Positions 38,021-42,996 of a stretch of 42,996 nt of DNA are shown in pieces; the first letter of the stretch is position 1, and every line of letters starts with the position of its first letter. The notes under the pieces were generated by a model. That model saw only the letters and a program-made list of their open reading frames with translations, had not been told where the DNA came from and searched no databases. The stretch is from contig CAXUWE010000003.1 in assembly GCA_964255105.1 (NCBI GenBank), forward strand, positions 1 through 42,996. The letters run 5' to 3'. This DNA is from Porpidia crustulata. Lineage: Eukaryota. A program made the translations under genes and the position numbers.

Positions 38021-39700
38021 ATGCTTGCTGATATGATTGTCCTCGAACTGTATATGGCGTCAGCTACAGTCGATAAGTATTTCGAATTCATAGAAGTAGC
38101 ACCAGAGAGTATTAAGACATTGGATGTTATTAAGGCAGACCAATCTGAATTCTGTAACGCTTCAGATGGCGCTGAAGTTAACTTACATGGAGATGATGTG
38201 TCTCATCGATCCCACATTGGTTCCGAGCACTATTCTACGCTCCCGCTGCGCGGGAATCTATCGTTGTGTTCAAAATTTCGAGTTGCGAGAAGCGATGCAA
38301 AGCAAATATATTAAATTTGCTCTTTTTTTCGCTCGAATTCGCTGAATCCTGAAATCGGGATCAAAGTTTTGAATACAACGATAGACAGGTCGCCTGACGG
38401 CAGAGGCCGGTCAGTAAGCAAGTTGATGGAGTAGGATGAAGATCTTGTAATCGCAGAGGAAACGATCAAGCTGCTCAAAAAATTTGGTCCTCGAAACGCC
38501 GAAGTCGAAGGTATGACAGAACGGATTCGACTAAGTGTACTTGTGGAGGGATCGCTTCCTGATAAAGTCCAGGCCAAAATCACATAAAGCCGGAACACAT
38601 CGTCAATCTTGAGGGGAATATGCGTTGCTGAACAATACGATGCAGTTTGAGGGTCCATAATGCTGGTATACGTGGTGCTTCCTCAACGTCAATCGTCGTA
38701 ATGACAACAGCCAGCTGATGTTCGATTTTTTGATGGACCGTCGGGTGACGGACGATATCAATAAAAATAACCTTTGAAGCTCCGCATTGGGACGCTATAA
38801 TTAATGGGATTCCTGTCATTGACTATACAGAGATGAGCAACATTGAGAACGTTCAGGCAATATATAATATCGAGGTTAAGCACGACCGCCGCAAAATGAA
38901 AAAAAGTACATCCTGGGACAAGGATGCTATTTACACGGGAAGCGTCTTGTGCGGCATTCGAAACAGATGGGACTGGAAGGGATGAAAGCGAGGAAAGCTC
39001 GTAAGGGTTCATCTAAAGCGACCGGTAGCGACAAGTCAGCGGGCAGGATGCATGAGGCGAGCCCGCGAAAAGGCATGCATCTTAATATAGAATGTTTTAG
39101 CAGACTTCCAAGTTGCAGTGCAAAAAGTCCTCGTGCAGCAATCGCGATTGGCTACTGCGATCTGCTGTTAGAGAGCTTATGGATAATCTTCAAAGGTCAC
39201 CTTTCCCTCCGCTCCGCGACTTTGGACAGTGTCAAAGATAATGGGGACAGCGAAGTATGCAAGTTCGACCTATCTGGTCGGAAGACATGCTGGCTCTACC
39301 CTGGACTGGAGAAAACTAGCTGGTCCCCATCAAGTAGGGCACACGCTTTGGGGTTTTAGGATGGTCGAAACAAGAAGACGAAATCTTTCACAAATTCCCT
39401 GGCGATTATTGCACATCACTGATACAAAACTTAGATGACACGAGGGAGTATCTAACCTGTTCAAAGGCTCTCAAAGAGCTATAGCTACTTTGTATAAGAC
39501 TTTGCATAATGTACACTGACGGGAAAAGGCAACGTACCATGAATATCAATCGACGAATTTCCAGACTCGTTTCCGACCTCATATCTAGGGGATAAGCAAC
39601 TGCTGTCGTTTGTAGATCTTGAATCTTTGAAGACAGCGACGGCCCAACTCCACTTAGCATATTTTCTCTATCGGTAGGAAGAGCGCTGGCATGATAGAAC
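38021..39700 (+). pseudogene. Probable decayed repeat-containing (ankyrin-like) gene
   Basis: One frame from 38021 to about 38650 reads as protein across isolated stops; later fragments QLMFDFLMDRR, RLVSDLISRG* and EDSDGPTPLS resemble ankyrin-type repeats. Boundaries uncertain. Confidence 0.35.
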
Positions 39701-40505
39701 AAATGCACGCAAGGCATAGGTATCTGAGGCGAAAATTATCCCGCCAGATACCTAACGCTAATAAGTCTCGAGAACAACGGGAGATGGTCAAGTCCAGAAC
39801 GGATCAAGGTCTCCAACGATGTTGAGCTAGCCTGTCTGCAGCGCAGCGAGCACTTAGGGTCAAGAATCAAAGCGACTACATAAGAAAGTACAGTGCAAGT
39901 CTCCATCCGTACGAGAGAGCCGCTATTATAATGCGGCAGCTTAGAAGTCGCGAGGAAAATAACGCGCGGAGAACACCCAAGGAATTCTATCGGAGGATTG
40001 GGGGACATCCTTAGACTGTTAGATGGTCTTTCGCCTCAAGGCACTAGCACTAGGTAGGATACAATATTCCGCATCGACGCCCTCGAGAGGGAGAGAGGGT
40101 AAGTATAAGCTTCGACCTAAGTATCACTCTAGGGCGTCTTAATTCGTCTTTGAAAGAAAAACTGTAACCCAGCGCGCATGAACAGGGATCAGTTGAATAG
40201 TAAAGTCTCTAAGTATGTAAGCATTATCAAAGCCAGTGTCCGCGGGAAAGGGTCATACGGCGAAATCATGCTAAGATAGCAGGTCTCTCTTGGCTTTTCA
40301 TTAAACAACCGTAGCTGGTTATGGACTACCAATTCTTTGTCCATACTGCATCCGGCCATGGTGCTGAATGGCACTGCATGCTTGGACGGAATCAGACGGG
40401 GGGTCGCATAGGAGCGGAATGGGCGAGAGAGAAGCAATGTTTTACTTCGCCTTCATATCCACAATGTTGCTAGTGTAAACCAAACTCTCGTCATTCCAAT
40501 GATAT

Positions 40506-42505
40506 TCAGTCGTTGAAATTATGCAAGCTGATATCCTGGCTGGTCGGAGCAACCAAAGAATGAGCCGTTTCCAGTTTTACGCTTGCTACGGCTTGGCTCA
40601 GATTTTCTACCACTGTTGTACCTTTAACAGTGGGTCCCGCTGCCTCCAGAATCTTAGATTTCTTGTATCCGCCACGGACCCGCTCGAGGTGCTCGAAGTA
40701 ACCATCAGGAACGCCAGTAACGTAGCAGCCCGAGAAAACGCCAGATTCAAAATGACAATCTCGACCTCGTGGCGAGAGTTCGGCGCACGCAGCCACAAGA
40801 TCAGAAAGAGTTTGGTAGATAACCGTGTCCGCGCCGATTGCTGTTGCAACCTCAGCCGGGGTCTTGGAGTATGCAATCAGCTCATCCGAGATTGCAAGAT
40901 CGACCCTGTCTAACTAGTCATTTAAGATTCTATTGTATTGGAATAATGCACTGCTGGGTATAGTCAAGATTTGATCTTTGCAACTTGCAGCTAGAGCTTC
41001 CATACGAAAGAGTGACACTGACCCGTAGATATGACTGTGTCGTACAGGAGGCGAAGCAGACGCAAAGATAATAGACTTCGCGCCTGCTTCCCGCGCCATT
41101 AAGCAGATCTCGAGGCTAGTGTTACCTCTCACGATACTATCGTCGACGAGGAGCACAGTTTTGTTCTTGAACTCGGCGGACATGGCATTCAATTTCCTCC
41201 GCACACCTGACCTGCGGAGTCGTTGTGAACTCATCAAGAAAGTTCTAAATATATAACGGTTCTGGTACAATTAGTCATGTACATTGAATGCACCATACAT
41301 CGCTTGCCTTCACAAAGCCACTTGCGAGCTCTTTTCCCAAGTACTTTGCGACGGCACGAGCAGACGTATTCGAGGTCTCTGGTATCGGAATCACAACATC
41401 TACCTGCGCGAGTCTCTCAGGCCCCAACTCGATTTTGATGGTTGCAGCTAGTTTCTCGCCCATCTTGAATCGAGCATTTTCCACACTGATACCGTCTGCC
41501 AGAGAATAAATATTGGCTTGAGGTTGTGCTGCATATACATACCAATGATTGAGTCAGGTCGTGCAAAGTACAAATACTTAAGCTAGCGTAAGCGATGGAA
41601 GTGGACTTGCAAGAAGGCGAATTACCTCAAATATATCAGGAGTATAGCTTGCCGCAGGTTGCACTTGCCGGAACTGTGGCTCTAAACCTTTGACGATAAT
41701 CACGGCCTCGCCAGGTAAGACATCTCGAATATCGTCGGGACGGCACCCAAAAAACTCCAAGGCGACACTTTCTGAGGCAATCATATAGTCTGTTCCACCT
41801 TCAACCTTCCGAGAGCCAATGACTATTGGTCTGATGCCGTATGGATCCCGGAAGCCCATGAGCCCCAATCCTGCAATCATCGCTGTGCAAGCCCAACTAC
41901 CTTGGCATTTCTTGTATGTTTTCTCCAAACTCTTGAAGCAATCTTCCGCATTGACTCTGGCCTTCCCGCTCTCGTTCAACTCATTTGCAAAAACATTGAG
42001 GAGAATCTCCGAGTCGGAATCTGTATTTATGTGACGGTGTGCTTCTTGATCCAGGAACAATTTGAGCGGTATTGAGTTCAAGAGGTTTCCATTGTCTGCT
42101 TGTGCTTCGGAATCAGCCATGTCCAATCAAAGGGGTGATCAATGTCTTGAAGATTTTTTAAGAGTCCATCTCTGATGGGAAAGACGAACGACTTATGCAA
42201 ATTCCATACGGTGAATTGACGAACAGAGGCTGCGCTTCCGACCCAGAAGCTGACCCCATTGTAGGGTATCGTAGATGGCCGACCCCCATGAAGCCTGGCA
42301 GCTCCGCAATTCGCTCTCCATCGTTGAAGACCTTGGTGGCTAAGCCATTTCCCTTGCATTGATAGATCCGTCCGCCAGACCCGCATGTCGCAATACCACA
42401 TGCATCCTGCCCACGGTGCTGAAGGAGGTAGAGGGCATCATGCAGGTCCGCCGCTGCTGAATCTGAGGAAGTGTCGGCGTGGATCACCGCAACAATCCCA
42501 CACAT
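40506..42505 (-). CDS. ADE4: Amidophosphoribosyltransferase (glutamine PRPP amidotransferase), multi-exon
   Basis: MCGI N-terminal nucleophile Cys, [55 protein letters not shown] loop [14 protein letters not shown]. Confidence 0.95.
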
Positions 42506-42703
42506 TTTGTGATTTACTTGCCACAAAGAGATTCTTTACTAGAAGTGCTCGTTGAATGAGACATACCAGAACCATTGAGTAGTTGAGCACTCCAGTAAAA
42601 ATATAAGAATATACTATAATGACATGGCTAAATAAGATCTTAAATGCTAGACGCACTCATTTCATGATAATAATAAATTAACATCTTAAATTTTTTCCTT
42701 TAT

Positions 42704-42811
42704 CGTGCTTGTGCAGTCTAGACCTATACATATTTTTTGCTTCATTTCTTTATTTTTACGTGCTTATGCAGCCTAGGGCTATAAAGCACGGTGCTATCTA
42801 ATAATAAATAA
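42704..42811 (+). repeat. Degenerate direct repeat with stem-loop and TAA-rich tail (possible non-LTR retroelement 3' end)
   Basis: CGTGCTTGTGCAGTCTAGACCTATA (42704) vs CGTGCTTATGCAGCCTAGGGCTATA (42759); second copy folds CGTGCTT/AAGCACG and is followed by CTAATAATAAATAA. Confidence 0.5.
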
Positions 42812-42835
42812 CACAGTTTTCTGTATGTATGTGAA

Positions 42836-42996
42836 TGTTAGAACCCGCTTAGAACGGTAAGACATCTACGGCGTAGATGTCAGAACGTGACAGGACCCTG
42901 ATCATAAGAGGATCACGGTCACGTGTCAATGACCCTAGGGGAAAGGGTCAAGGGGATCACCAAGCGACCTTGGTGATCCAGGATCAGGTTCGCCAG
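42836..42996 (+). mobile_element. Possible LTR start running off the right window edge
   Basis: Abrupt switch from AT-rich to balanced sequence at TGTTAGAAC, followed by three short inverted repeats; no coding sequence or partner LTR in the window. Confidence 0.35.

Noticed and set aside
40906..41022. Stwintron in the longer last ADE4 intron (internal CTTGAC..CAG)
   Set aside because: Removing the putative inner intron does not regenerate a valid donor; a single GT-AG intron explains the frame.

Overview
Eukaryotic, intron-rich DNA from a filamentous ascomycete (Pezizomycotina; a lichen-forming Lecanoromycete is only a guess). It is gene-dense and mostly housekeeping, in order: SMC6, cystathionine gamma-synthase, UTP22, POM152, a UCH37-type deubiquitinase, a hypothetical protein, an F-box/YccV protein, an SPX-RING E3 ligase, a Jjj1-like J-protein, an Sqs1-like R3H/G-patch protein, ATG4, a divergent H2B/H2A pair, NDUFB9, KGD2 and ADE4. 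CDS coordinates are start-to-stop spans including introns, spliced by eye. The most unusual signal is non-coding: two tiny TA-flanked inverted-repeat elements with identical CTCG...CGAG termini that carry telomeric (TTAGGG)2 cores, two further orphan TTAGGG cores, and a third unrelated MITE-like element, mostly in promoters. Other points: two GC-AG introns, a GAG acceptor, a possible N-terminally extended Atg4, a chromo-like domain in the Sqs1 homolog, a decayed repeat-protein gene at about 38-39.7 kb, and probable retroelement ends at both window edges. No tRNA, rRNA or CRISPR array could be supported.
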